From: an uncultured archaeon
GTDB lineage: Archaea > Asgardarchaeota > Thorarchaeia > Thorarchaeales > Thorarchaeaceae
Length of the DNA stretch: 32,000 nucleotides
Direction of reading: 5' to 3'
Assembly (NCBI GenBank): GCA_964648855.1
Contig: CAZYLT010000004.1
Coordinates: 1 to 32,000 of the forward strand
Under the pieces are notes generated by a model, which saw only the letters and a list, made by a program, of their open reading frames with translations, ran no database searches and had not been told where the DNA came from. Shown here in pieces: positions 9,247 through 17,881 of this stretch. Made by a program: the position numbers and the translations under genes. Within the stretch, counting starts at the first letter, position 1, and the number at the start of each line of letters is the position of its first letter.

Positions 9247-9921
9247 GTGCGGATTTTGGAGAATAAGAATGAGGAATTTGAGGCTCGAAAATGGGCAATT
9301 CATATTCTGGGCAGTATTGACCCAGATGCATATGGGAGGACTTTGAGAAGCTTAGCACGGGCTCCAGAAGAAGAAACAGAACTAAGAAGCGAGGCAATAT
9401 TTTCGCTCACGAATGATGCAGGTGATAAGAATCTAGGTGCTCTTTGTGCTCTTCTTGGCGATCAAATCTCCCAAATCAGGCACTCGTCGGCATGGGCATT
9501 AAGTAAGATTGGTTCTCCAGAAACTATTCCGTGCTTATTGGCGGCTCTTGAGGACCCAGAAAGCGATGTTCGTGATTGGGCGATTCGTGCACTCAGGGAT
9601 ATGGATGATACAAGAGCCCTGCAAGGCTTGGCAGATACACTGGAGAAGAGTCCACCAAACGAACAGGCAAGAATGATACGACTTCTAATAGAGAGGCGTT
9701 CTGAAATCATCCTTCGAGCTATTGCAGAACTATTGGATTCATCACATGTGAAGATCCGAAGACAAGCAGCTTGGGCTATGGGGGTATCACCATATCCGCC
9801 AGCAGCAGGAACACTGGAGAGCCTTCTGGATGATGAAGACAAACAAGTACGAGTGTATGCCAAGAAGGCACTCGCAAGACTAGGTCAAGTTGATCCGACT
9901 GACCTTGGTTTCATCCTGTGA
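9247..9921 (+). CDS. HEAT (PBS-lyase-like) repeat protein
   Basis: Repeats such as IRHSSAWALSKIG, DPESDVRDWAIRAL, IRRQAAWAMG, DEDKQVRVYAKKAL. Confidence 0.9.
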   Translation: MRILENKNEEFEARKWAIHILGSIDPDAYGRTLRSLARAPEEETELRSEAIFSLTNDAGDKNLGALCALLGDQISQIRHSSAWALSKIGSPETIPCLLAALEDPESDVRDWAIRALRDMDDTRALQGLADTLEKSPPNEQARMIRLLIERRSEIILRAIAELLDSSHVKIRRQAAWAMGVSPYPPAAGTLESLLDDEDKQVRVYAKKALARLGQVDPTDLGFIL

Positions 9922-9925
9922 AATT

Positions 9926-10690
9926 CTACATCATTCCTTGATACATGCCGCCATCCACTAATAGCAACGCTCCATGAATATATTCTGCAATTGGGCTCAG
10001 GAGAAATGCGCAAATCTTTCCGAATTCCGTTGGGGTGCCCATTCGGCCAATTGGTATTCTTTCAATAATCCCCTGCTTGGCATCTTGCTTATCATCTGCA
10101 CCTTCGATCAGCTGTTCCACTCTTTCGGTATAGATATACCCTGGACAAATTGCGTTTACTCGGATACCTTTAGGCCCGAATTCTCTTGAAATTGTACGCA
10201 TCAGTCCAATGACGGCTGCACGAACAGAGTTAGACAAGAGAAGATTATCCAGTGGTTGTTTGACTGATATTGACGTGCTATAGAGGATACTCGGATGCTT
10301 TGATTCTTTCAATAGAGGTTGTGCCTCTCTTGTGAGCCATACCGCGCTCATCAAATTGAGGTCAATAGAGCTTCGCCATTCCTCGTCGGATATTTCATTG
10401 AAAGTCCCCGGTGGGGGTCCTCCTGCATTTACATAAAGTCCATCAAGACGAACATAAGCACTTCTGACATCAGCAGTTAATTTCTTAATGTCGTCCTTTC
10501 TTGACACATCAGCAATCACGTACCTTGCATTTTCTCCAAGGGACTTCTGTGCGACTTCCAGGTCCTCCTTTGTCCTGCCACAGATGGTAACCTTGGCGCC
10601 TTCCTCAACGAGAGCCTTTGCAACGCCAAAACCTAGACCTCGTGAAGCAGCTGTTACCAAGAAAAATTTGTCTTTGAGCTCCAAATCCAT
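9926..10690 (-). CDS. Short-chain dehydrogenase/reductase (FabG-like, atypical active site)
   Basis: TAASRGLG, NAGG, SNSVR in place of YxxxK, GIRVNAICPG, VDGG. Confidence 0.92.
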   Translation of the reverse strand: MDLELKDKFFLVTAASRGLGFGVAKALVEEGAKVTICGRTKEDLEVAQKSLGENARYVIADVSRKDDIKKLTADVRSAYVRLDGLYVNAGGPPPGTFNEISDEEWRSSIDLNLMSAVWLTREAQPLLKESKHPSILYSTSISVKQPLDNLLLSNSVRAAVIGLMRTISREFGPKGIRVNAICPGYIYTERVEQLIEGADDKQDAKQGIIERIPIGRMGTPTEFGKICAFLLSPIAEYIHGALLLVDGGMYQGMM

Positions 10691-10746
10691 GAGAGTTTCA
10701 CTGTATCCTCATATGTGGAAAAGCTATTTTACTTCTATGAAGCGGC

Positions 10747-11034
10747 TTATTGAGCGGCCTTCTCTGGCGTCTTTTCTGTTCTTGCCCCGGTCGCCACTTC
10801 TAGATGCAAGAATGATGCACTAAGTCGGTTGAACTCCCGCGGCACCACAAACTTGCCAACGCCCATCTTATTCAGGACTCTTCTTATCTTCTTAGTGGAT
10901 AATCGGGGGTTCTTCTGAGAGTTAAAGGCTAGGAGAACCCGGGTTTCCTCCGGATTTGGTAGTTCGTAGACAGAGTGACATTCAATTCCCTTTTCTTTCA
11001 GACTTGATCGAATCTTTGACACCATAGGTCGCAT
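10747..11034 (-). CDS. Small basic hypothetical protein
   Basis: 95-aa ORF co-oriented with the SDR; protein-like composition; start may be the ATG at 11025. Confidence 0.6.
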   Translation of the reverse strand: MRPMVSKIRSSLKEKGIECHSVYELPNPEETRVLLAFNSQKNPRLSTKKIRRVLNKMGVGKFVVPREFNRLSASFLHLEVATGARTEKTPEKAAQ

Positions 11035-11234
11035 TTTGTGGGAACACCAAGAATTGATGAATGGTGTATATACTTATACACGGGTATTATCAGAGTATTA
11101 CTAGTCTTCGGCAAGTGGAAATGAAAGATGCGGGATTCTATCAACCTTTTGAATAAAGACTTCGTACAGTGCACAGACAAATTTGTTGATGCAGCAATCC
11201 TTTTATTCGCATCTTTATGCAAACGGGTCTAGAA

Positions 11235-11311
11235 CGGGACGTAGCTCAATCTGGCAGAGCAATGGACTGTAGATCCATCGGTTGCCGGTTCAAATCCGGC
11301 CGTCCCGACCA
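11235..11311 (+). tRNA. tRNA-Tyr(GUA), intronless, CCA encoded
   Basis: Full cloverleaf: CGGGACG/CGTCCCG acceptor with archaeal C1-G72 and A73; ATGGA-CTGTAGA-TCCAT anticodon arm; TTCAAAT T-loop. Confidence 0.97.
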
Positions 11312-11373
11312 CTGATTCTTAGTATAGAACGAGTAGCTGCCTTCTGTTCCTGCTTCTACACTCTAAGGCTGTA

Positions 11374-11897
11374 TCATGAGGTATCTTCGGGAAGATGGAT
11401 TAAGAAACTGCACTCTAAGTCCCCTTTGAGTACTGATTTCACCATTTCTGTTTCCAAAGGTTGATCAAGAGCTGATCTCCAGGACTGCTTCGTAAATCCT
11501 GCGCTACAGTAGCAGAATATGGGGGAGATGGAGGTATTTCCATGTCTTTAAAGATTTCATTCCGTAGGTCATCACCAATGGCTTCACCTAATCTCTCATA
11601 CAGAACATCCATAACATTGCTTCCATCTAAAAGCGTCAAGATTGAGAGGCATGCCTCTATATTCTTGCAAAAGTAGAGGTATCTGGCCAATCCCACCAAG
11701 TTTTCGTATGAGTTCGTACGGTTATCTACCGTCTTTTCAAACAAAGCATCGACCTCATTACTCGTCGCGCAATGTAATTCCTGACCAGTAGTTTGTTGCT
11801 TGACAAGACGCTCTAAATTACGAATCGTAGATATTGATTCGCCAACCTTGTCTTCATCCAGTCCCCTTCCTTGTAAATAGTTTCTAAAGTCATTCAT
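11374..11897 (-). pseudogene. Internally deleted, frameshifted gene resembling DUF6144/V4R-like Cys-motif proteins
   Basis: N-terminal frame ends ...FKDMEIPP; a different frame continues ISPIFCYCSAGFTKQSW...SVLKGDLECSFLIHLPEDTS* (stop 11374-11376). Family assignment is from memory. Confidence 0.7.
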
Positions 11898-12108
11898 TTC
11901 CATTGTGATGAGTTTCAAAATGCCATGTGTTTGCGATGGGGTAATTGGCTAATTGAGCATCTTCTAGAAGCAGAAATCGGATTTGTATAAGGAGAAAACT
12001 GGCTAGGAATTGAATATGATAATTTGCTGCATCGTATTTCAATCGGCTAATTTCCATAGGTGCTGTGCCTCCGAAAACTTGATTGCAATCGGCCTGAACT
12101 GATATTGT

Positions 12109-12885
12109 ATGAGTAAAGAACAGAAGATTCAGGAAGGGCGCAAATCTCTCAGAGCTGATAGCCGAATAGACTTTAGAACTAAGAACAAGTACAAACCAGA
12201 CGAGAAACAAAATATCTCCGCACCGCCTATGTCAAAGCCTTGTTTAGATTATCAAGATGAATTCGAGTTGGTACCGATTAAGGGCATCAAAACCAAACCG
12301 GCCTTATTAGCCGAAGTCATAGAGAATCGATCAACTCATAGAAGATACTCAGACGCGGCACTTACGTTGCAAGAGTTGTCCTTCTTATTGTGGTCGACTC
12401 AAGGGGTAAAAGAGGTGCAAGATAGAGGGGGCTGGTCCAAGCGAGTAGTACCTTCTGGTGGTGCAAGGCACCCATTTGAAACATATCTAATCGTTGATAG
12501 GGTAGATGGTCTGGATAAGGGCATATACCGATATCTTCCTTTTCAACACAGGCTATGCCGTGTTAAAGATGGTCTTCCTGACAGTGAAAGATTGATAGAA
12601 GCGATTAATGGTCAACGACAACTCTCCCGAGCTGCTGTGACATTTGTATGGGCCGCTATGCCATATAGAACTGAGTGGAGATATAGCATTGTAGCACACA
12701 AGGATATTGCAATAGAAGCCGGTCATATTTGCCAGAATCTGTATCTTTCCTGCGAGGCCATTGATGCTGGAACTTGTGCCATTGCTAACTACAACCAAGA
12801 AGTCATAGATTCGATAATCGGAGTAGATGGCGAGGACGAATTTACTGTGTACTTGGCTCCAGTAGGAAAAGCTCCTTCAGATTAG
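12109..12885 (+). CDS. SagB/ThcOx-family FMN-dependent dehydrogenase (nitroreductase fold)
   Basis: RSTHRRY, LSFLLW, VPSGGARHPFETY, WRY, EAGHICQNLYL motifs. Confidence 0.92.
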   Translation: MSKEQKIQEGRKSLRADSRIDFRTKNKYKPDEKQNISAPPMSKPCLDYQDEFELVPIKGIKTKPALLAEVIENRSTHRRYSDAALTLQELSFLLWSTQGVKEVQDRGGWSKRVVPSGGARHPFETYLIVDRVDGLDKGIYRYLPFQHRLCRVKDGLPDSERLIEAINGQRQLSRAAVTFVWAAMPYRTEWRYSIVAHKDIAIEAGHICQNLYLSCEAIDAGTCAIANYNQEVIDSIIGVDGEDEFTVYLAPVGKAPSD

Positions 12886-13683
12886 GGATGGAAGTAACTG
12901 AAGTTGAAATAGTACCGATATGGTGAGTAAGACTATCGATAGCATAATGACGGATGTGTCAGAAAAGCGCCATTGGGTTTTGCGTAAATAGCTCCGTTTT
13001 CGACCATATCCGAAAGCGCGCCCCTCCATTGAAAGCGCAAGGGTTTCTGCCCTCTGTAGTGCAGATACAATCAAGGGAAAGAAGGTGTAGCGTAAAGAAC
13101 GTTGCAACTTGCTCAATCCCCCTACTTCAATGGATATACCTCGTGATTTCTGAGCCATCCGTACAACTTCGTTTTCGATGTCAAAGAGTGGAATGAATCT
13201 CAGAGCGATTACGAGTGCAAAATTGTAACGATAAGGTATGCCAAATGAAGAGAGAGAGTGTGCCAAGAGTGTAGGGTCAGTGATTGCTACAAAAAACATG
13301 CTGGAAGTAACCAAAAGAAGAAATCTCAGAGCGAGTGATAGCCCCTTTTCTAGTCCAAAAGTAGTAACAGGAAAAGCCGGACCTAAATCTCCAATCCTGG
13401 GAAATAAATAAATCAAGACAATTCCATTCGGGGTAATCAGTACTTGAACTAGTAGTAGTATTACGGAGAATAAAAGGAGAAATCTTATTCTCCTGGAGGA
13501 GAACGTGAGATTAACTCGCAATATTTCAACTGCTAACAGAATAAAGCAGAGAATCAGCGCGCTCAGGACCAAGCTTGGATAGATGAGATTGCTAATCAGA
13601 ATTGCTAGAAGACAGAACAGATTGGCAAGAGGATTAGATGAATGTGAACTTGTCCCAATTTCATTCTTGGACGCTTCAAGCAT
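12877..13683 (-). CDS. ecfT: ECF transporter transmembrane component T
   Basis: TM helices plus ALRFIP, AQKSRG and MEGRAF (the two Arg motifs). Confidence 0.93.
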   Translation of the reverse strand: MLEASKNEIGTSSHSSNPLANLFCLLAILISNLIYPSLVLSALILCFILLAVEILRVNLTFSSRRIRFLLLFSVILLLVQVLITPNGIVLIYLFPRIGDLGPAFPVTTFGLEKGLSLALRFLLLVTSSMFFVAITDPTLLAHSLSSFGIPYRYNFALVIALRFIPLFDIENEVVRMAQKSRGISIEVGGLSKLQRSLRYTFFPLIVSALQRAETLALSMEGRAFGYGRKRSYLRKTQWRFSDTSVIMLSIVLLTISVLFQLQLLPSLI

Positions 13684-15139
13684 CGATTATACCCCCTATT
13701 TTACTATATTCTGGAAAACCTAGTGAGCTTAGTCGTTCAAGAACCTGTATTGGTGAGCCATCTAAGAGAATGCTTCCCTCATCCATGAATAGAATCCTAT
13801 CACAGTGATTTACGGCAAATCTTGAGTCATGTGTTATTAAAACAACCAGACCCCCGGCTTGTTTCGTGGCATTCATTTTCTTTAGAATGAGTTTCCTTCC
13901 GTCTGAGTCTTGACCAATGAATGGTTCATCTAAGAGTAGTATTAGCGGGCCATGTACGGTCGTCGAAGTAATATTCAGACGGCGTTTCTGGCCATAACTC
14001 AGCGAAAATGGATTTCTATCCTTAATGGAGAACAAATCAGCATCATGGAGTAGCTGCTTAGATTTAGATTGATCTTGCTTGAGGGTGCCGAGTACATCAA
14101 AGATGATATTCTGTTCATTCCAAACCGTCCGTTCAAAAATCTGATGGTTTGGGTTTTGGAAAACCATTGCAACATGTCGAATTCTATCACCACGAGAAAC
14201 TTTGTCAATCGGAATTTCTTGGAGGAACACATTGCCAGTCCCAGGTTTGAGTACTCCAGCTAGGAGTGAAATGAGGGTAGTTTTGCCTGAACCATTGTTG
14301 CCCATGAGTGCAACTATCTCCTCTTTGTGAAGGTCTACAGATAGATTGGATATTACGTCACCATTGCCATAGGAAAAGGACAACCCATCACAACTAAGGA
14401 GTGAAGACCATTCCTTTGGAAGTGTGTTTCGTCGATGAGAAAGAAATGAATCACCAGATGTTGCTCTGGGCAAATCAAAGCTGACTAGCTTCTTTTTTCT
14501 CAGCTCCAAATTTCTGTCAGCAATTGGTAAAAAATGCGTAATCTGATGTTCAATAACAAGTACACCAAGACCTTCTCGCTTCAAGTCAAGAAGAATTTGT
14601 CTAAGATTGGATATTCCCTGAGGATCTAAACTTGAACTAGGCTCATCTAGGATTATGTAGTCGGGTTGCATGGACAATATTGAGGCGATTGCAAGTCTTT
14701 GCTTCTCTCCACCGGATAGTGCGACAGTTGAACGATGTTTTAGATGCAGGATGCCAACTGATGAGAGGCTGTGGTTAACTCGATTGATTATTTCATTTTC
14801 CTCTTCACAAAGATTCTCCGGACCAAATGCTACTTCGTCAGCAACTTTGAGGGTACAGAGCTGGCTTTCTACATCTTGTTGAACGATTGAAACTTTTTTG
14901 GCTATTTGAGGGATAGTGAAATCTTCAACATTTTGGTCATCAATAAATACATCCCCGGAAAGATTGCCTTCGATTCGACGAGGTATATACCCTGCCAATA
15001 TTTTCCCCAAAGTAGACTTTCCTGAGCCTGTAGGGCCACCGAGGATAACAATTTCTCCCCTTGAGAGAGAGAAATCTAGCGACTCTAATATGGTGCTTTC
15101 CTCACCGTAGGAGAATGTAATATCACGTGCTTGTAGCAA
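13676..15139 (-). CDS. ECF transporter fused double ATPase (EcfA-EcfA')
   Basis: GPTGSGKS/LSGGEKQR/ILDEP and GNNGSGKT/LSYGQKRR/LLDEP; probable TTG start at 15139; overlaps the ecfT start. Confidence 0.93.
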   Translation of the reverse strand: MLQARDITFSYGEESTILESLDFSLSRGEIVILGGPTGSGKSTLGKILAGYIPRRIEGNLSGDVFIDDQNVEDFTIPQIAKKVSIVQQDVESQLCTLKVADEVAFGPENLCEEENEIINRVNHSLSSVGILHLKHRSTVALSGGEKQRLAIASILSMQPDYIILDEPSSSLDPQGISNLRQILLDLKREGLGVLVIEHQITHFLPIADRNLELRKKKLVSFDLPRATSGDSFLSHRRNTLPKEWSSLLSCDGLSFSYGNGDVISNLSVDLHKEEIVALMGNNGSGKTTLISLLAGVLKPGTGNVFLQEIPIDKVSRGDRIRHVAMVFQNPNHQIFERTVWNEQNIIFDVLGTLKQDQSKSKQLLHDADLFSIKDRNPFSLSYGQKRRLNITSTTVHGPLILLLDEPFIGQDSDGRKLILKKMNATKQAGGLVVLITHDSRFAVNHCDRILFMDEGSILLDGSPIQVLERLSSLGFPEYSKIGGIIDA

Positions 15140-15150
15140 TTTTATTCCCC

Positions 15151-16221
15151 TTAAGCAATCTGAAGTGTGGTCACTTGTTGAACCCATTGTGAACCGTCAT
15201 AGTTTGCCGCAATCAACCATAAGCCATTGTCACTCTTACTCAGTATGAATCTGTTGTCGTTCATGATTTCCTCTAAATCGAAAATGATGGTGTATCCGTC
15301 TTTTGCTCTCACCTTGAGAATAGTGGCCTCCGACTTTGGATTAGCATTGTTGATGATAGAACTCACTAGATAGCCCGTGTAGTTAGTGGGTGGTAGATGA
15401 GTATATGCACCCTGTAATTCCGCTTCGATGGTGACGGAACTCTCAGGGAATGTCGAATACTGAAACAAGTATGGATCCTTTACAAGACCAATTACTTCAC
15501 AGGTGTAGGGATCAGAGCCAAAATTAGCAACCTCCGTGACATAATAAGATGTGCCAAGAATGAGGAATACTACGAAAGCAAGAGCCGGGATGTTTCTTTT
15601 TACAATCATCCCATGGGTCTTTCTGGGAGTATCACTGTCCTGTTTTTGCTTTCTATCCGGCAATAAATCTGCATCGCCAAGAAAGTCTAAGGTTTCCCAA
15701 GCGAAATAACCTCCAAAAATGATTCCTGAACAGAATGCAAGAATCGTAATCACGCCAATGTAAATTATGGGGGCCCCAGAAAAATAAAAAAGCTGGAATA
15801 CGATTACACTGGATGCGGCGGATAGTCCTGCGCCAGTCCACCAGATTAGTCTCTTGCTCATGTCAGCCCCTTGTAGGTTATCTCCAAATATTGCAAATCC
15901 ATCCACTACAATACCTTGAAGCAAAGAAACTAGGACAATCACAATACCGTGGGTGCTCCCCGTAAAGAGCTCAACTATGCCTTTCAGTAGACCTCCGAAA
16001 GTACTGGCGCCCTTCTTTCTGATTATTGCTTGGATTAGCACCAACCAAAAGACATGTAGACCCGCCATGAATTGACCAGCACCAAATGGAACTCCCAATG
16101 TCAGATTCACCAGGTTACCCAAGTAACCAACGAATGTGCTAAGGGTTCCTCCGAGAGAGCTCAGAAGTGCAATGATGACGATTTCTTTGATTTCAGCATA
16201 ATGTAGATTCTCACTGCTCAC
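15151..16221 (-). CDS. ECF S component (YkoE-like) fused via an extra TM helix to a C-terminal molybdopterin-oxidoreductase-like soluble domain
   Basis: N-terminal ~180 aa with about 6 Gly-rich TMs (IIRKKGASTFGGLLKGIVEL, LLQGIVVD); C-terminal YTGYLVSSII...VRAKDGY...GSQWVQQVTTLQI. Confidence 0.8.
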   Translation of the reverse strand: MSSENLHYAEIKEIVIIALLSSLGGTLSTFVGYLGNLVNLTLGVPFGAGQFMAGLHVFWLVLIQAIIRKKGASTFGGLLKGIVELFTGSTHGIVIVLVSLLQGIVVDGFAIFGDNLQGADMSKRLIWWTGAGLSAASSVIVFQLFYFSGAPIIYIGVITILAFCSGIIFGGYFAWETLDFLGDADLLPDRKQKQDSDTPRKTHGMIVKRNIPALAFVVFLILGTSYYVTEVANFGSDPYTCEVIGLVKDPYLFQYSTFPESSVTIEAELQGAYTHLPPTNYTGYLVSSIINNANPKSEATILKVRAKDGYTIIFDLEEIMNDNRFILSKSDNGLWLIAANYDGSQWVQQVTTLQIA

Positions 16222-17822
16222 TGAGTTATCACCTCAATTCGTGCAACATATCGAATCCACCGGGCACCACCGGAGTAATAGATTTCGCAGCCCATGCCTA
16301 GAGAAGATGTGGCAATGCAGTCTTGATTGCTAAATGCTCCGTCAGGTGCAAGCATGGCTATTCGGAAACCTGTATCCCAATCGGGGACCTCCGTTCCATT
16401 GTACTCATAAGCCAAAATCATATCGCCTTGTAATTCTCGCCAAGTTTCATTTGGATACACATTTTGGTAGCTATAGTACTGGGAATAGCCATCATATGCT
16501 GTTACAAGGAGTGTGTTAGTCATCTCCATGTCACCAACCAAGCTAAGCAAGTCGGAAATTTTTACGCCCCTATAGACTCCTTGACCATCCCAATTCCCAA
16601 ATTGATTCTGAAACGATGAAAATGCTTCAACATATGGAAGCTGTTTCAAGTCATCTAACGAAAGAAGAACAGATGATTGAATGCCCTTTACCTCAATCAT
16701 ATTTCTTGGTACATTTGGCTCTGCAATGATTATGGGTTCTATTTGAAGTGAATCCTTCTGAAGTGTGGCGTGTACAAAATGGTGTATGCCGCCCATTTCC
16801 TCCGGTGCTGCCAATGACATGCCTGCACCGCCCGTAATCACATAGGTGACTCCATTGATTACCGTCTTGTTGAACATATGAATATGACCAGAAAAAACAT
16901 AGTCTACGCCCTCTTCTTCGAAGAGAGTCATGAGTCTAGCGGCTATTGCCTGTGACATCGTATGATTCTCGTTGGGTCGAGGATCAAAAGGAGGGATATG
17001 TGTAAAGACTATTTTCAGATCCTTGAGGGTGGTACTGAGGTCATCAAATAACCATTCAAATTCGCTCTCTGAAACCGTGTTTCTTGATGTGTTGAAAACT
17101 GTGAAATGAGCTGAATCTATTTCGAATGAATAAGTAGACGGACCAAACCAGTTTTCGTATCTCTGCCCGCCACTCTCACGTATGTCATGATTTCCTGCAG
17201 TTGTAAAAACCGGAATGGTGGAATTTTCAAGCGCCTCTGAAACTTGCATATATTGGTTATCTTGCCCAAACGGAGTAAGGTCACCACAGTGAAAGAGAAA
17301 ATCAGGTGAAAATGATTTCAAAGCTGTTAGTGTTTCTTGTATCCCACCTTGATATCCTTGGCTGTCCCCTAATGCCACAAACTCAAGAGCAGAGCCACTA
17401 TTGTCAGAAGTGGCATTAATCCAGACCGTGTGATGATTCGGGATGATCTCTACCCTCAATGTTAGGCTGTTTTCCATGGTTGAGATGATGTCATTGTTGG
17501 AGGAAATTGTTGTATTATCGGCAAGTAGATTCTGTATGAGTATTGAGTAAGAACCCGAAGAGAGAGAATCGGACCATAAGAGGGAGATATTCAGTGAGAA
17601 ACCAAGTGCACGAACGATAACAATCTCATCACTCTGGTCGCGAATATGTCCACCATATACATCAATAGCAGTAGGAGGAGTTGTCTGTTGTTGGGTGACC
17701 GAGTATACAATGAAAATACTCGCAGCTACGACAACTAGAAGTATCGCAGCTTTGACTTGTTGTGAGGATGTTATGTGAGATTCCACCTTTGTTTGATTGA
17801 TATGTTTGAGCGTGCATATCAC
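16218..17822 (-). CDS. Membrane-anchored calcineurin-like metallophosphoesterase with C-terminal molybdopterin-oxidoreductase-like domain
   Basis: N-terminal TM anchor; GDSQ, CGDL, GNHD, THIP, SGHIH motifs; C-terminal SLDDLKQLP...YRGVKISDLL...TAYDGYS...MILAYEYNG...WIRYVARIEV. Overlaps the next gene by ATGA; start may be the GTG at 17786. Confidence 0.85.
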   Translation of the reverse strand: MICTLKHINQTKVESHITSSQQVKAAILLVVVAASIFIVYSVTQQQTTPPTAIDVYGGHIRDQSDEIVIVRALGFSLNISLLWSDSLSSGSYSILIQNLLADNTTISSNNDIISTMENSLTLRVEIIPNHHTVWINATSDNSGSALEFVALGDSQGYQGGIQETLTALKSFSPDFLFHCGDLTPFGQDNQYMQVSEALENSTIPVFTTAGNHDIRESGGQRYENWFGPSTYSFEIDSAHFTVFNTSRNTVSESEFEWLFDDLSTTLKDLKIVFTHIPPFDPRPNENHTMSQAIAARLMTLFEEEGVDYVFSGHIHMFNKTVINGVTYVITGGAGMSLAAPEEMGGIHHFVHATLQKDSLQIEPIIIAEPNVPRNMIEVKGIQSSVLLSLDDLKQLPYVEAFSSFQNQFGNWDGQGVYRGVKISDLLSLVGDMEMTNTLLVTAYDGYSQYYSYQNVYPNETWRELQGDMILAYEYNGTEVPDWDTGFRIAMLAPDGAFSNQDCIATSSLGMGCEIYYSGGARWIRYVARIEVITQ

Positions 17823-17881
17823 TACGCAAACTGAATAAGAAGTTTCGGGAACATCAAGTTATGGTCTAGCTACCTAGTTTG

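Noticed and set aside
8715-9266. 183-aa plus-strand ORF
   Set aside because: It overlaps the more convincing zinc-finger gene on the opposite strand and the HEAT gene start; no recognisable motif.
9926-10690. SDR lacking YxxxK as a novelty
   Set aside because: The S-x-x-x-R variant with TAAS.GLG is a known atypical FabG-like subgroup.
11235-11311. tRNA 3'-end duplication (att site) bounding an island
   Set aside because: I found no second copy of any tRNA 3' end by eye, and no integrase in the window.
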